DNA from: a virus
Reading direction: 5' to 3' (one strand)
Virus record (IMG/VR): IMGVR_UViG_3300031578_000043
DNA: 56,686 nucleotides
Below, piece by piece: positions 15,391-23,594 of the stretch. Each line of letters begins with the position of its first letter. Positions within the stretch are counted from its first letter, which is position 1. Made by a program: the position numbers and the translations under genes. A model generated the notes under the pieces. That model was not told the origin of the DNA. It searched no databases and saw only the letters and a list, made by a program, of their open reading frames with translations.

Positions 15391-17090
15391 GCGTGCAGAT
15401 CATTCGCGGCGACTGCCTCGACGTGCTGAAAACGCTGCCGGATGCGAGCGTGGATTCCTGCGTAACCGACCCGCCCTATGGCCTAAAATTCATGGGCAAA
15501 CTGTGGGATCACGGAATCCCTGCAGCGCCGTATTGGGTCGAGGTGCTGCGTGTCCTGAAACCCGGAGCGCACTTGCTCGCCTTTGGCGGAACGCGCACCT
15601 ATCACCGCCTAGCCTGCGCGATTGAAGATGCGGGCTTTGAGATCCGCGATCAAATCGGCTATGCGTTCGGTTCTGGTTTCCCGAAAAGTCATAATCTCGA
15701 TCGTCATCGGGGTGCGCTGTTTTGTGGATGTGGAGACAATCACCATGAGAAGCCTGGGCCTGTCGCTGGAGCAAATGAAACTGCGAAAAAAAGAGCAACA
15801 CCTGAAAGTAAAGAGGAAGCCAAACACGGAATGCGATCACTGTGGGACGAAAATATATCGGCGCCCGAATGTGCTCCGCAAGAACGCGACGAAGTGCTGC
15901 AGCCATACCTGTCAGAACCGGCTATTGGGAAATGCACACCTGCACACGCCAGCAGTGGTAGCGAAGCGCGCCAAGGCGTTTCTGGGAGACAAGAATCCAG
16001 CGTGGAAGGGCGGAGTAATTCAGCGGCATCGGCACGGGAACTATGTACAGGTCCGGTATGTGAGAGCGCCAGAATGGGCACGGCTGATGGCGAGGAAGGA
16101 CGGCTATGTGATGGAGCATCGGCTTGTGATGGCGAACCGGATAGGCCGGACTCTGCTGCGCATGGAGGTGGTTCACCACGACGATCATGCGCCGCTGAAC
16201 AACGCGACGACGAACCTGGAGTTGTGGCCGGACAATCGGAGCCACAAACTCTGGGAGCATGGCCGAATTGCGGAAGGTGCGGCCTGCCGATTATTCCATC
16301 TGGGCTAGGCACCGCCCTCAAGCCGGCATGGGAGCCCATCGTTATGGCGCGCAAGCCGCTGGTGGGGACTGTTGCGGCGAACGTCGAGCGATTTGGAACC
16401 GGCGGGCTGAATATTGAAGAGTGCAGAGTTGGAACTGCAGTCGAGACATGGCCCATTTCGCGCAGCTACGCGCCGGGCCAGATGCAGCCGGGGCATTCAG
16501 GTGAAACGCAAGGCACCGGTGATGCGCCCCCCGGCCGCTGGCCGGCGAACCTGATTCACGACGGCAGCGAGGAAGTGCTGGCATGTTTTCCTGCCAATGC
16601 CGGCGCAGCGGCCCCGGTCCACAAGCGCAACGGCGACAAGTTCCGCAACACGTTCGGCGCATTCGCTGGAGACGTCGACGAGGCAGGCAGCACATTCCAA
16701 GGCGACAGTGGAAGCGCAGCGCGGTTCTTCTACTGCGCAAAAGCCTCCCGTCAAGACAGAAACGAGGGCCTGCGAGGGCGCGACAAGAAGCTGCTGAATT
16801 GGTCTAGCGGCACGCAATCACCCGGCACATTCCAAGCGCCCGGCACCGACAGAACCAGCGAGAACCATCACCCGACCGTCAAGCCGACCGACCTGATGCG
16901 CTACCTGTGCAGGCTGGTGACGCCGAAGGGCGGGACGGTGCTTGATCCATTTATGGGCAGCGGCAGCACCGGGCGCGGCGCGATACGCGAGGGCTTCGGC
17001 TTCATTGGAATCGAGATCGACGCGGAGTATTGCGAGATCGCGTGCCTTCGCATTCATGCCGATGCGCCACTGTTTGCCGAGGTCGCATGA
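15387..17090 (+). CDS. Beta-class N6-adenine/N4-cytosine DNA methyltransferase interrupted by a ~0.6-kb insertion
   Basis: N-terminal DPPY (motif IV) then GSGFPKS. The conserved sequence resumes at GTALKPAWEPIVMARKP...GTGGLNIEECRV. C-terminal motif I VLDPFMGSGSTG. The ~200 intervening codons are low-complexity and look off-frame. Confidence 0.8.
   Translation: MSVQIIRGDCLDVLKTLPDASVDSCVTDPPYGLKFMGKLWDHGIPAAPYWVEVLRVLKPGAHLLAFGGTRTYHRLACAIEDAGFEIRDQIGYAFGSGFPKSHNLDRHRGALFCGCGDNHHEKPGPVAGANETAKKRATPESKEEAKHGMRSLWDENISAPECAPQERDEVLQPYLSEPAIGKCTPAHASSGSEARQGVSGRQESSVEGRSNSAASARELCTGPVCESARMGTADGEEGRLCDGASACDGEPDRPDSAAHGGGSPRRSCAAEQRDDEPGVVAGQSEPQTLGAWPNCGRCGLPIIPSGLGTALKPAWEPIVMARKPLVGTVAANVERFGTGGLNIEECRVGTAVETWPISRSYAPGQMQPGHSGETQGTGDAPPGRWPANLIHDGSEEVLACFPANAGAAAPVHKRNGDKFRNTFGAFAGDVDEAGSTFQGDSGSAARFFYCAKASRQDRNEGLRGRDKKLLNWSSGTQSPGTFQAPGTDRTSENHHPTVKPTDLMRYLCRLVTPKGGTVLDPFMGSGSTGRGAIREGFGFIGIEIDAEYCEIACLRIHADAPLFAEVA
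15745..16308 (+). CDS. HNH endonuclease (HNH_3-like) nested in the +1 frame inside the DNA MTase gene
   Basis: GGAG RBS 9 nt upstream of ATG 15745. CDHCG...CCSHTC zinc motif. DGYVMEHRLVMANRIGRTLLRMEVVHHDD...NLELWPDNRSH. The stop TAG sits on the Gly-Leu-Gly codons preceding the conserved GTALKP of the MTase. Confidence 0.75.
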   Translation: MRSLGLSLEQMKLRKKEQHLKVKRKPNTECDHCGTKIYRRPNVLRKNATKCCSHTCQNRLLGNAHLHTPAVVAKRAKAFLGDKNPAWKGGVIQRHRHGNYVQVRYVRAPEWARLMARKDGYVMEHRLVMANRIGRTLLRMEVVHHDDHAPLNNATTNLELWPDNRSHKLWEHGRIAEGAACRLFHLG

Positions 17091-17557
17091 GCGAAATCTT
17101 TCTTCGCAAACTAGCGAACGGCACGCTCGCGCCGGCGACCGAGGAAGATCAGGAAGCGCTGAAACGGTTCAAAATGGGCGTCGTGGTTCGGTGCGAGGTC
17201 AAGCAGGTAAGAAATTACGAGTTCATGAAAAAGTGGTTCGCCTTGGTAAATTTCGCGTTCGACCAATGGAGTGAATTTCCGATGCCCGAGTACAACGGGG
17301 AAGCAGTCCAGCCAAACAGAGACAAGTTCAGGCGGGATGTTACGATTCTCGCTGGTTATTTCCATCCGGTCGTGAATGTTCGCGGCGAGGTCCGCGTCGA
17401 GGCCGATTCGATTTCCTTTGCGAACATGACCGAGGAGATATTCGAGAAGTTGTATTCCAAAACCATCGACGTAATCCTGCAAAAAATCCTGTACCGCAAA
17501 GGCTATAGCGAGAAGCAGTTGCGGGATTTGGTTGATCAAACATTGGCGTTTTCATGA
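17087..17557 (+). CDS. DUF1367-like phage protein
   Basis: N-terminus LRKLANGTLAPATEEDQEALKRFKMG...VRNYEFMKKWFALVNFAF resembles my recollection of the DUF1367 family. ATGA-coupled. Confidence 0.5.
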   Translation: MSEIFLRKLANGTLAPATEEDQEALKRFKMGVVVRCEVKQVRNYEFMKKWFALVNFAFDQWSEFPMPEYNGEAVQPNRDKFRRDVTILAGYFHPVVNVRGEVRVEADSISFANMTEEIFEKLYSKTIDVILQKILYRKGYSEKQLRDLVDQTLAFS

Positions 17558-17988
17558 AGGGCGGTCTGCATTGGGACGAACAGCGCCTTCTGGAATTCCA
17601 GAAGCGCATAGGCGCGAGTAAGGGGCGCGTCGTTCATCTGCTGGATAAGCCGAAGCCGAACAAGCACAAAGCGATTCCGCGGGTCGTAGATGGCGTGAAG
17701 TTCGCCAGCGGTCTTGAGGCGCAGTTATGGGTCGATTATCGTCTGCTGGAAAAGGCGGGGCAGATCAGGAATCTCAGGCGGCAGGTACGATTCAGCCTGT
17801 TTGCCAACGGGGGCGAGCACATCGGGACGTACAAGGCGGATATGGTGTTCGAGGAATTGCGGGAAGGGGTCTGGAAGCGCGTCGTGAGCGATGTGAAGTC
17901 CGAACATACCCGGAACCTTCCTGCGTGGGCCAGGACGAAGAAATTGATGCTTGCCTGCCACAATATCAGCGTGAGGGAGTTGCCGTGA
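17554..17988 (+). CDS. DUF1064-like putative nuclease
   Basis: The pattern KHKAIPRVVDGVKFASGLEAQLWVDYRLLEKAGQIRNLRRQVRF...YKADMVF...VSDVKS fits the DUF1064 layout. Confidence 0.5.
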   Translation: MKGGLHWDEQRLLEFQKRIGASKGRVVHLLDKPKPNKHKAIPRVVDGVKFASGLEAQLWVDYRLLEKAGQIRNLRRQVRFSLFANGGEHIGTYKADMVFEELREGVWKRVVSDVKSEHTRNLPAWARTKKLMLACHNISVRELP

Positions 17989-18251
17989 CTGAATCCGAAT
18001 ATCTCCTTCGCGTGAAGAACTGCCGCTGCGTTATCTGCTGGTACAAACTCGGGGTGAAAACTTCGCCGTGTGACGCGCATCATGTCGGGACCGGAAACGA
18101 GCATAACGATTTCGCCACGGTTGCTCTATGCAAAGAGCATCACCAAGGCGCGACCGGGGTGCATGGGAAGCATCGCAAGGCGTTTCATTTGCTGTGGAAC
18201 ACCAGCGATATTTTACTGTTGGCGTGGACTGTGAAGGAGGTCATGCGATGA
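17985..18251 (+). CDS. Ref/DUF968-like HNH nuclease
   Basis: GTGA-coupled GTG start. CRCVICW...CDAHHV...ALCKEHHQGATGVHGKHRKAF. Confidence 0.5.
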   Translation: MTESEYLLRVKNCRCVICWYKLGVKTSPCDAHHVGTGNEHNDFATVALCKEHHQGATGVHGKHRKAFHLLWNTSDILLLAWTVKEVMR

Positions 18252-18436
18252 AAGAAAAGGACTATCTGCCGAGCGATTTTATCAGCGAGGTCAACAAATG
18301 GAAAATGGAACTGACCCGGCCTGCCGAGCCGCCGAAGTACGAGTTCAAACCGCCAAGGCCGGTATTCCCTTTTGCGCCTCATCCTCGGCAAGATGAGCTT
18401 GACGCGCAAAAGGCAATTCCGAGCCTAGTTCGGTAA
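18248..18436 (+). CDS. Hypothetical protein
   Basis: 62 aa, ATGA-coupled. Confidence 0.45.
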   Translation: MKEKDYLPSDFISEVNKWKMELTRPAEPPKYEFKPPRPVFPFAPHPRQDELDAQKAIPSLVR

Positions 18437-18527
18437 CGCTCGAAGATTCAACGTGGTTGTTTGCTGGCCTGCTGATTGCGGCGCTGGTGTTTTGTTGGTG
18501 GTGGGGAACGAAATAACGGGAGGATGA

Positions 18528-19358
18528 ATGTACCTGATCGCAGAGTGCGGAATAAACGGAAATGGCAGCGAGGAACTTGCGAAGCTGATGATTCGGCACG
18601 CGCACGAAGCTGGCTTTGACGCTGTGAAATTCCAAAAGCGCAGCCTTGAGCAATGCTATACCAAGGAATTTCTCGATTCTCCGCGCGAGTCACCGTGGGG
18701 AAAAACGCAGCGGGCGCAGAAGGAGGCGCTTGAGTTCTCGCGGTTGCAGTACACCCTGATCGACGCTTACTGCAAGGAATTGGGTGTGGCGTGGTCGGCG
18801 TCAGCCTGGGACTTGGATTCTCAGGAATTTATTCACTCGTTCAATGTTCCGTTCAACAAAGTGGCGTCACCAATGCTCGGTAACTGGCCGCTATTGCGGA
18901 AGATCGCCAGCGAGCGCAAGCGCACCTTCATTTCTACCGGCATGAGCACGCTGGCCGAAATAGACGAAGTGGTTGCGCTGTTCCGCAAGGCCGATTGCCC
19001 GTTCGAGTTGATGCACTGCAATTCGACCTATCCGATGCCGGAAGATCAGGCGAACCTGAACTGCATTCCGATGCTGCGCGATCGGTACGGGTGTGAGGTC
19101 GGCTACTCGGGCCATGAAACCTGCCTCACGAAAGTCTGCGTTGCTGCGGTTGCTCTCGGGGCGAGTTCAATCGAGCGCCATATCACGTTGGAGCGGGCGA
19201 TGTACGGGAGCGACCAAGCCGCCTCAATCGAAACACACCATCTGCGGGATTTCGTCGAAACGGTGCGGGCGATTCCTGCGATTCTCGGAACGGGGATCAA
19301 GGACGTTACCGAAAGCGAATGGCCGGCGCGGAAGAAACTGCGGGTAGAAGTCGCATGA
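18528..19358 (+). CDS. NeuB-family nonulosonic/sialic acid synthase (no obvious C-terminal SAF domain)
   Basis: YLIAECGINGNGSEELAKLMIRHAHEAGFDAVKFQKR, FISTGMSTLAEIDEVV, LMHCNSTYPMPEDQANLNCIPMLRDRYGCEVGYSGHE and GASSIERHITLER match conserved NeuB/PseI/LegI blocks. 276 aa. Confidence 0.85.
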   Translation: MYLIAECGINGNGSEELAKLMIRHAHEAGFDAVKFQKRSLEQCYTKEFLDSPRESPWGKTQRAQKEALEFSRLQYTLIDAYCKELGVAWSASAWDLDSQEFIHSFNVPFNKVASPMLGNWPLLRKIASERKRTFISTGMSTLAEIDEVVALFRKADCPFELMHCNSTYPMPEDQANLNCIPMLRDRYGCEVGYSGHETCLTKVCVAAVALGASSIERHITLERAMYGSDQAASIETHHLRDFVETVRAIPAILGTGIKDVTESEWPARKKLRVEVA

Positions 19359-20053
19359 ACGTCGTTTGCATAATCGGCGCTCGTTCTGGCTCCAAGGGCG
19401 TTCCGGGGAAAAACATTCGCCACTTGTCCGGTCATCCCCTGCTCGCTTACTCAATCCGTTCGGCCCAGGAAGCGGGCATTGCCGAAATCGTCGTATCGAC
19501 CGATTCAATCGAATACGCCAGCATCGCCAAAAAGTACGGTGCGCGTGCGGTCTTGAGACCAGATGCGATTTCTCAGGACAATTCGACCGATTTCCAGTAC
19601 ATCGCTCACGCGATTTCGACGTTTGACCCTCCTGCGGATTTGATCGTCCACCTTCGGCCGACTACACCTCTGCGAGACCCGCTGTTGATCCAAGGGGCGG
19701 TCAATGATCTGAAAGCGTGCGAGTCTGCAACGGCTTTGCGGTCCGTGGAGGAAATGAGCGAGTCTGCGTGGAAGTGCTTCGAGATATTTTCCGGTAAGCT
19801 GATCGGATTGGGCGGGGAGGCTTCGCTGGATCAATTCAACGATCCGCGTATGGAATTCAAAAAGACATTCAGGCCGAACGGCTACGTCGATGTGATTCGC
19901 ACGTCAATGATTTACAAGGGGCTTCTTCACGGCGATGCGGTTCTCCCGTACATCACGCCAGTCGTTACCGAAATCGACACTGAGGAAGATTTTGAGTTTG
20001 TGCAGTATCAGGCCCGCAAGCATCCTGAGTTGGTGCGGGCGTTTTTCCCATGA
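19355..20053 (+). CDS. Acylneuraminate (CMP-nonulosonic acid) cytidylyltransferase family protein
   Basis: N-terminal IIGARSGSKGVPGKNIRHLSGHPLLAYSI is the NeuA/CMP-sugar synthetase signature. 232 aa. ATGA-coupled to the NeuB-like gene. Confidence 0.8.
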   Translation: MNVVCIIGARSGSKGVPGKNIRHLSGHPLLAYSIRSAQEAGIAEIVVSTDSIEYASIAKKYGARAVLRPDAISQDNSTDFQYIAHAISTFDPPADLIVHLRPTTPLRDPLLIQGAVNDLKACESATALRSVEEMSESAWKCFEIFSGKLIGLGGEASLDQFNDPRMEFKKTFRPNGYVDVIRTSMIYKGLLHGDAVLPYITPVVTEIDTEEDFEFVQYQARKHPELVRAFFP

Positions 20054-21402
20054 GCGCATATTCTTTTTCGCGTGAGTCTCGGGCGGTGCCGTTTGTGAAC
20101 ACCGAGCACAGACACATTCACACCGAAATTCCGGCGCCTGGGGCGAAGGAAATCCTTGAGCGTTTGGATGTAGTCGAGTCCAGATCAATGCACGGCCAAT
20201 TGCCGATTGTGTGGGATCATGCTTTAGATCACTACGTAGCGGACAATTGCGGAAATATGTTTCTGGATTTCACGTCCGGTATTTTCGTTGCGAACGTCGG
20301 GCATTCAAATCTGGCGGTCGTGGAAGCGGTGCGGGAAGCAATGAATATCGAGCCGCTTCATTCCTACGCATACGCTACCGAAATCCGCGCCAAGTATCTC
20401 GAACGTCTAACGCAATGGTCCGGTTTCGAAAAAGCCTTCCTGCTATCGTCTGGAACTGAGGCGACTGAAGCGGCCTTGAAGCTCATTCGGATGCGCGGCC
20501 AAAAGCTCGGAAAACGGAGACCGGGAATTCTCTGCATCGACGGAAACTGGCACGGTCGGACGATGGGCGCGCAGTTGATGAGTTCCAATGCCGCACAAAA
20601 GGCGTGGATCGGTTTCGACGACCCGAGCATTACCCATTTTCCGTTTCCTACGCAGGAAATTCTGACTATCCGCCAGCAGACAGCGGCCGAGTTTTTCCGC
20701 GATTGGTTGCCGCGGATTCTGGCGGCGAAGGGGATTGATGCGCGCAGGGACTTCTGCGGAGTGATGCTTGAGGCTTTCCAAGGGTGGTCGGCGTGGTTCT
20801 ATCCTCCCGATTTCGTCCAAGAGATTGAAAAGTGGTGCCGGGAAAACAGTCTCCTGCTGTGCTTTGACGAAATGCAGGCAGGATTCGCCAGGACAGGCCG
20901 GAAGTTCGGTTATGAGCACTACGCGGTCAAGCCTGACCTGATCTGCGTCGGCAAGGGCATGGGCGGCGGATTGCCCCTTTCCGGCGTTCTGGGCAGGGCT
21001 GAGATTCTCGATCTGCCGGAAGTCGGTAATATGTCGAGCACGCACGGCGGGAATCCGCTTTGCTGCGCGGCCGGTCTTGCGGTGATTGACGAAATCGAGC
21101 GGCTGGATTTGGTGAACGAAACGGCGAGAAAGGAAATGATCCTTTTCCCGGCGTTGGCGAATTTGCGCCTGAGTTGCTGGAGCCGAGTAACCGGCTTCTG
21201 GGGGCATGGCTTGATCGCAGCGGTGCATTTCGATTCTGCGGAACTGGCAAGCCGTGTTGCCGAGCGGTGTATGGAGAAGGGCGTATTGGTGGTGCATACG
21301 GGGCGCGAGAGTATCAAACTCGGGCCTCCGCTTACAATTCCAGATGCGGCGTTGATCGAGGGCGTCGAGGTCATCGCTGAGGCGATAAAGGAACTGGCGT
21401 GA
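20050..21402 (+). CDS. Class-III PLP-dependent aminotransferase
   Basis: SSGTEATEAALKLIR, DEMQAGFARTGRKFGYEHY and a VGKGMGGGLPLSG block (PLP-Lys region) typical of the acetylornithine/GABA/GSA aminotransferase family. Confidence 0.85.
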   Translation: MSAYSFSRESRAVPFVNTEHRHIHTEIPAPGAKEILERLDVVESRSMHGQLPIVWDHALDHYVADNCGNMFLDFTSGIFVANVGHSNLAVVEAVREAMNIEPLHSYAYATEIRAKYLERLTQWSGFEKAFLLSSGTEATEAALKLIRMRGQKLGKRRPGILCIDGNWHGRTMGAQLMSSNAAQKAWIGFDDPSITHFPFPTQEILTIRQQTAAEFFRDWLPRILAAKGIDARRDFCGVMLEAFQGWSAWFYPPDFVQEIEKWCRENSLLLCFDEMQAGFARTGRKFGYEHYAVKPDLICVGKGMGGGLPLSGVLGRAEILDLPEVGNMSSTHGGNPLCCAAGLAVIDEIERLDLVNETARKEMILFPALANLRLSCWSRVTGFWGHGLIAAVHFDSAELASRVAERCMEKGVLVVHTGRESIKLGPPLTIPDAALIEGVEVIAEAIKELA

Positions 21403-21839
21403 TGCTCGGATTGCGTCATGTCGGCATTGTCGTATCTGACCTGAATGAAGCTATCGGGTTCTATTGCAGCTTGCTCGGTTTTCAGCACGTTCAAAAAGCG
21501 TATGAGTTCGGACATTCTCTCGATTCGATGCTTGCGCTTGATGGAGCGAAAGTAACCACGGTAAAACTGATTGCGCCGAACGGCGGCATGATCGAGTTGT
21601 TGAAATTCGATGAGCCAGGGAGCTCTCCGGTAGGCCGCGCGATTTTCGACCTTGGCATTTCACACATTGCGATCACGGTGCAAAACTTGGACAAGGAATA
21701 TCAGCGGTTGAAACTGTGTGGCGTGGAGTTCGTTTCCGCGCCTGTGCAATCTGGGGCGGCGCGGGTTGCGTTCGCTATCGACCCGGAGGGGAATCGAGTC
21801 GAGCTGGTTCAGGATGTTACTTTTCCAAGGGCGGCGTGA
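21399..21839 (+). CDS. VOC (glyoxalase/bleomycin-resistance/epimerase-like) family protein
   Basis: LGLRHVGIVVSDLNEAIGFYCSLLGF ... GISHIAITV ... AFAIDPEGNRVEL, paired beta-alpha-beta-beta-beta modules. Confidence 0.7.
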   Translation: MMLGLRHVGIVVSDLNEAIGFYCSLLGFQHVQKAYEFGHSLDSMLALDGAKVTTVKLIAPNGGMIELLKFDEPGSSPVGRAIFDLGISHIAITVQNLDKEYQRLKLCGVEFVSAPVQSGAARVAFAIDPEGNRVELVQDVTFPRAA

Positions 21840-22537
21840 AAGTTTGTAAGAAATGTGGCGGGACTGATTTTGTGCCTAGCGGGTATTGCAGACCGTGTGC
21901 AAAAGTGCGTGTTGCTAAATGGCAAAAAGAGCATCCAGAGAGAGGTATAGCGGCGTCTAAAAAGTGGCGCGAAGCGCATCGAGAGAAATCGAGAGCAAAC
22001 ACAAAAAAATGGCAAGAAAAAAATAAAGAATATCGCGCTGAGTATGGGCGCAAGTGGAGAGAGGAACATCAGGAAGAACATAAAGCTGCAAAAAAGAAGT
22101 GGCGTGAAAAGAACAAAGATAGACACGAGCAATATCAAATAGCGTGGGAAACAGCGAATCGCAAGCGTCGTAGTGCCGGCCGTAAGGAATGGCGAGAACA
22201 GAACAGGGAGAGAGATCGTAAAAATTTAATTGAGTGGGCAAAAAAGTATCCCGATAGAGTTCGCATCAAAGCGCAGAACAGAAGGGCGAAAAAGAAAAGT
22301 AATGGCGGCAGTCTGTCGAGAGATATAGTCTCAAAATTACTGCAATTGCAAAAAGAGAAATGCGCGATCTGCCGCGTTCCGCTTAATGGGGAGTACCATC
22401 TAGACCACATATTGCCTTTAATCCTCAAGGGCAGAAATGAAGATAAAAATATGCAATTACTTTGTCCTCCATGTAACCTGTCTAAGTCGAGCAAGCATCC
22501 TATAGAATTCATGCAATCGAGAGGGTTTCTATGTTGA
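21836..22537 (+). CDS. HNH homing-endonuclease-like protein interrupting the sugar cluster
   Basis: GTGA-coupled start. CKKCGG...CRPC. Long KKWRE-type basic repeats. C-terminal EYHLDHILPLILKGRNEDKNMQLLCPPCNLSKSSKHPIEFMQSRGFLC. A/T-rich compared with its neighbours. Confidence 0.8.
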   Translation: MKVCKKCGGTDFVPSGYCRPCAKVRVAKWQKEHPERGIAASKKWREAHREKSRANTKKWQEKNKEYRAEYGRKWREEHQEEHKAAKKKWREKNKDRHEQYQIAWETANRKRRSAGRKEWREQNRERDRKNLIEWAKKYPDRVRIKAQNRRAKKKSNGGSLSRDIVSKLLQLQKEKCAICRVPLNGEYHLDHILPLILKGRNEDKNMQLLCPPCNLSKSSKHPIEFMQSRGFLC

Positions 22538-23334
22538 GCGGCTTATCCCAAATCAACGTTGAGTTGACTTCCCGTTGTTCTAAGAAAACGGCCTGTTTTA
22601 TGTGCGGTCATCAATCGGCGGTCGTCAATCCTCTGTTGAATTTTGGCGATATGGATTTTGCTCTTGTCGAGTCAATAGAGCGGCAGATTGGCGCAGGGGT
22701 TATCGTGAGTCTGCACAAAGATGGAGACCCAGTAGATTATGAGAGATTGGGAGACGTGCTCCGCGTGTTAAAAAAGCACCCTATTTCTGTGGTCACGCAT
22801 GGCGAACGTCTGAACGAAAAAGCGGCAGAAATTATAGGTCTGTGCACCACGGTAACTTGCAGCGTGATACCGAACGACCCGGACAGGGAGATACAGTTAG
22901 AGTCGCTGCGCGGATTCCTCGCCAAGAAAGGCGCTCGGGCGCCGATGGTGCAGTTGAAATTTGTCGGGATCGTACAGAATCCTGAACCTTATCTAAGCCT
23001 AGGATTACCCGTTATAGGGCGTGCCCTACATTCAAAAAAAGGCAATTGGAACTATTACAAAATCGACCCGATCATTCCAGAGGTCCGCGTGTGCCTCGAT
23101 TTCCTCGGCCGGCCGACGGTCGATTGGAAGGGCAATCTCTACAATTGCAATCGGTTGGACGTAAAAGGCGAAGGACTGCTCGGGAACTTGAACGAAAGTA
23201 CGCTAGAGGCGCTATGGAACGGTCCCGAGCGTGCCAGGATGCTTCGGGCGCACTTGGCGGGGCGGCGGCAGGATGCTAACCCGTTGTGCGCTTCCTGCCA
23301 ATTCTACGGGGTCAGCACGCCATCGGGCGGTTAG
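22531..23334 (+). CDS. Radical SAM protein with SPASM/twitch-like C-terminal Cys motif
   Basis: N-terminal VELTSRCSKKTACFMCG (Cx5Cx2C variant of the cluster-binding motif). C-terminal GNLYNC...GLLGNLNESTLEALWNG...CASCQFY. Confidence 0.6.
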   Translation: MLSGLSQINVELTSRCSKKTACFMCGHQSAVVNPLLNFGDMDFALVESIERQIGAGVIVSLHKDGDPVDYERLGDVLRVLKKHPISVVTHGERLNEKAAEIIGLCTTVTCSVIPNDPDREIQLESLRGFLAKKGARAPMVQLKFVGIVQNPEPYLSLGLPVIGRALHSKKGNWNYYKIDPIIPEVRVCLDFLGRPTVDWKGNLYNCNRLDVKGEGLLGNLNESTLEALWNGPERARMLRAHLAGRRQDANPLCASCQFYGVSTPSGG

Positions 23335-23337
23335 TCC

Positions 23338-23472
23338 TTAATCCGCAAGAACGAGACCGAACAGCACACCAGCAACGGCGCCAGTGGCCCCGAATATCGA
23401 AAATCCTACCCATCCGAACAGACAGGGCAGCGGAAAGCACACAATCGCCAGGATGATAAGCACGGTGTACAT
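23338..23472 (-). CDS. Possible 44-aa membrane peptide (below track cutoff)
   Basis: GAGGAA RBS 5 nt before the ATG. Hand-translated MYTVLIILAIVCFPLPCLFGWVGFSIFGATGAVAGVLFGLVLAD. Confidence 0.4.
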   Translation of the reverse strand: MYTVLIILAIVCFPLPCLFGWVGFSIFGATGAVAGVLFGLVLAD

Positions 23473-23594
23473 GCTATTTCCTCAAAAGTCGTGAACGGAT
23501 AAGCTGCAGCAGGGCGGCAAGCTCGTCCAGGCGGGCGGCGAGTGCTATCCTACCGCCGGCCGAGATCGAGCGCCAAAAGGCCCGGAATCGCGTC

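Noticed and set aside
15700-16300. An intein inside the DNA methyltransferase
   Set aside because: The endonuclease is encoded in a different reading frame from the MTase. The MTase-frame translation also lacks intein N- and C-terminal splicing blocks (no Cys/Ser start, no His-Asn end).
15740-16456. A 238-aa minus-strand ORF inside the MTase/HNH region
   Set aside because: It is Ser/Pro/Ala-rich with no motif, and it lies antisense to two recognisable plus-strand genes.
20443-21515. Long minus-strand ORFs (284 aa and 198 aa) opposite the aminotransferase gene
   Set aside because: These are shadow ORFs antisense to a confidently assigned gene. They have an Arg/Pro/Ser-rich off-frame composition and no RBS.
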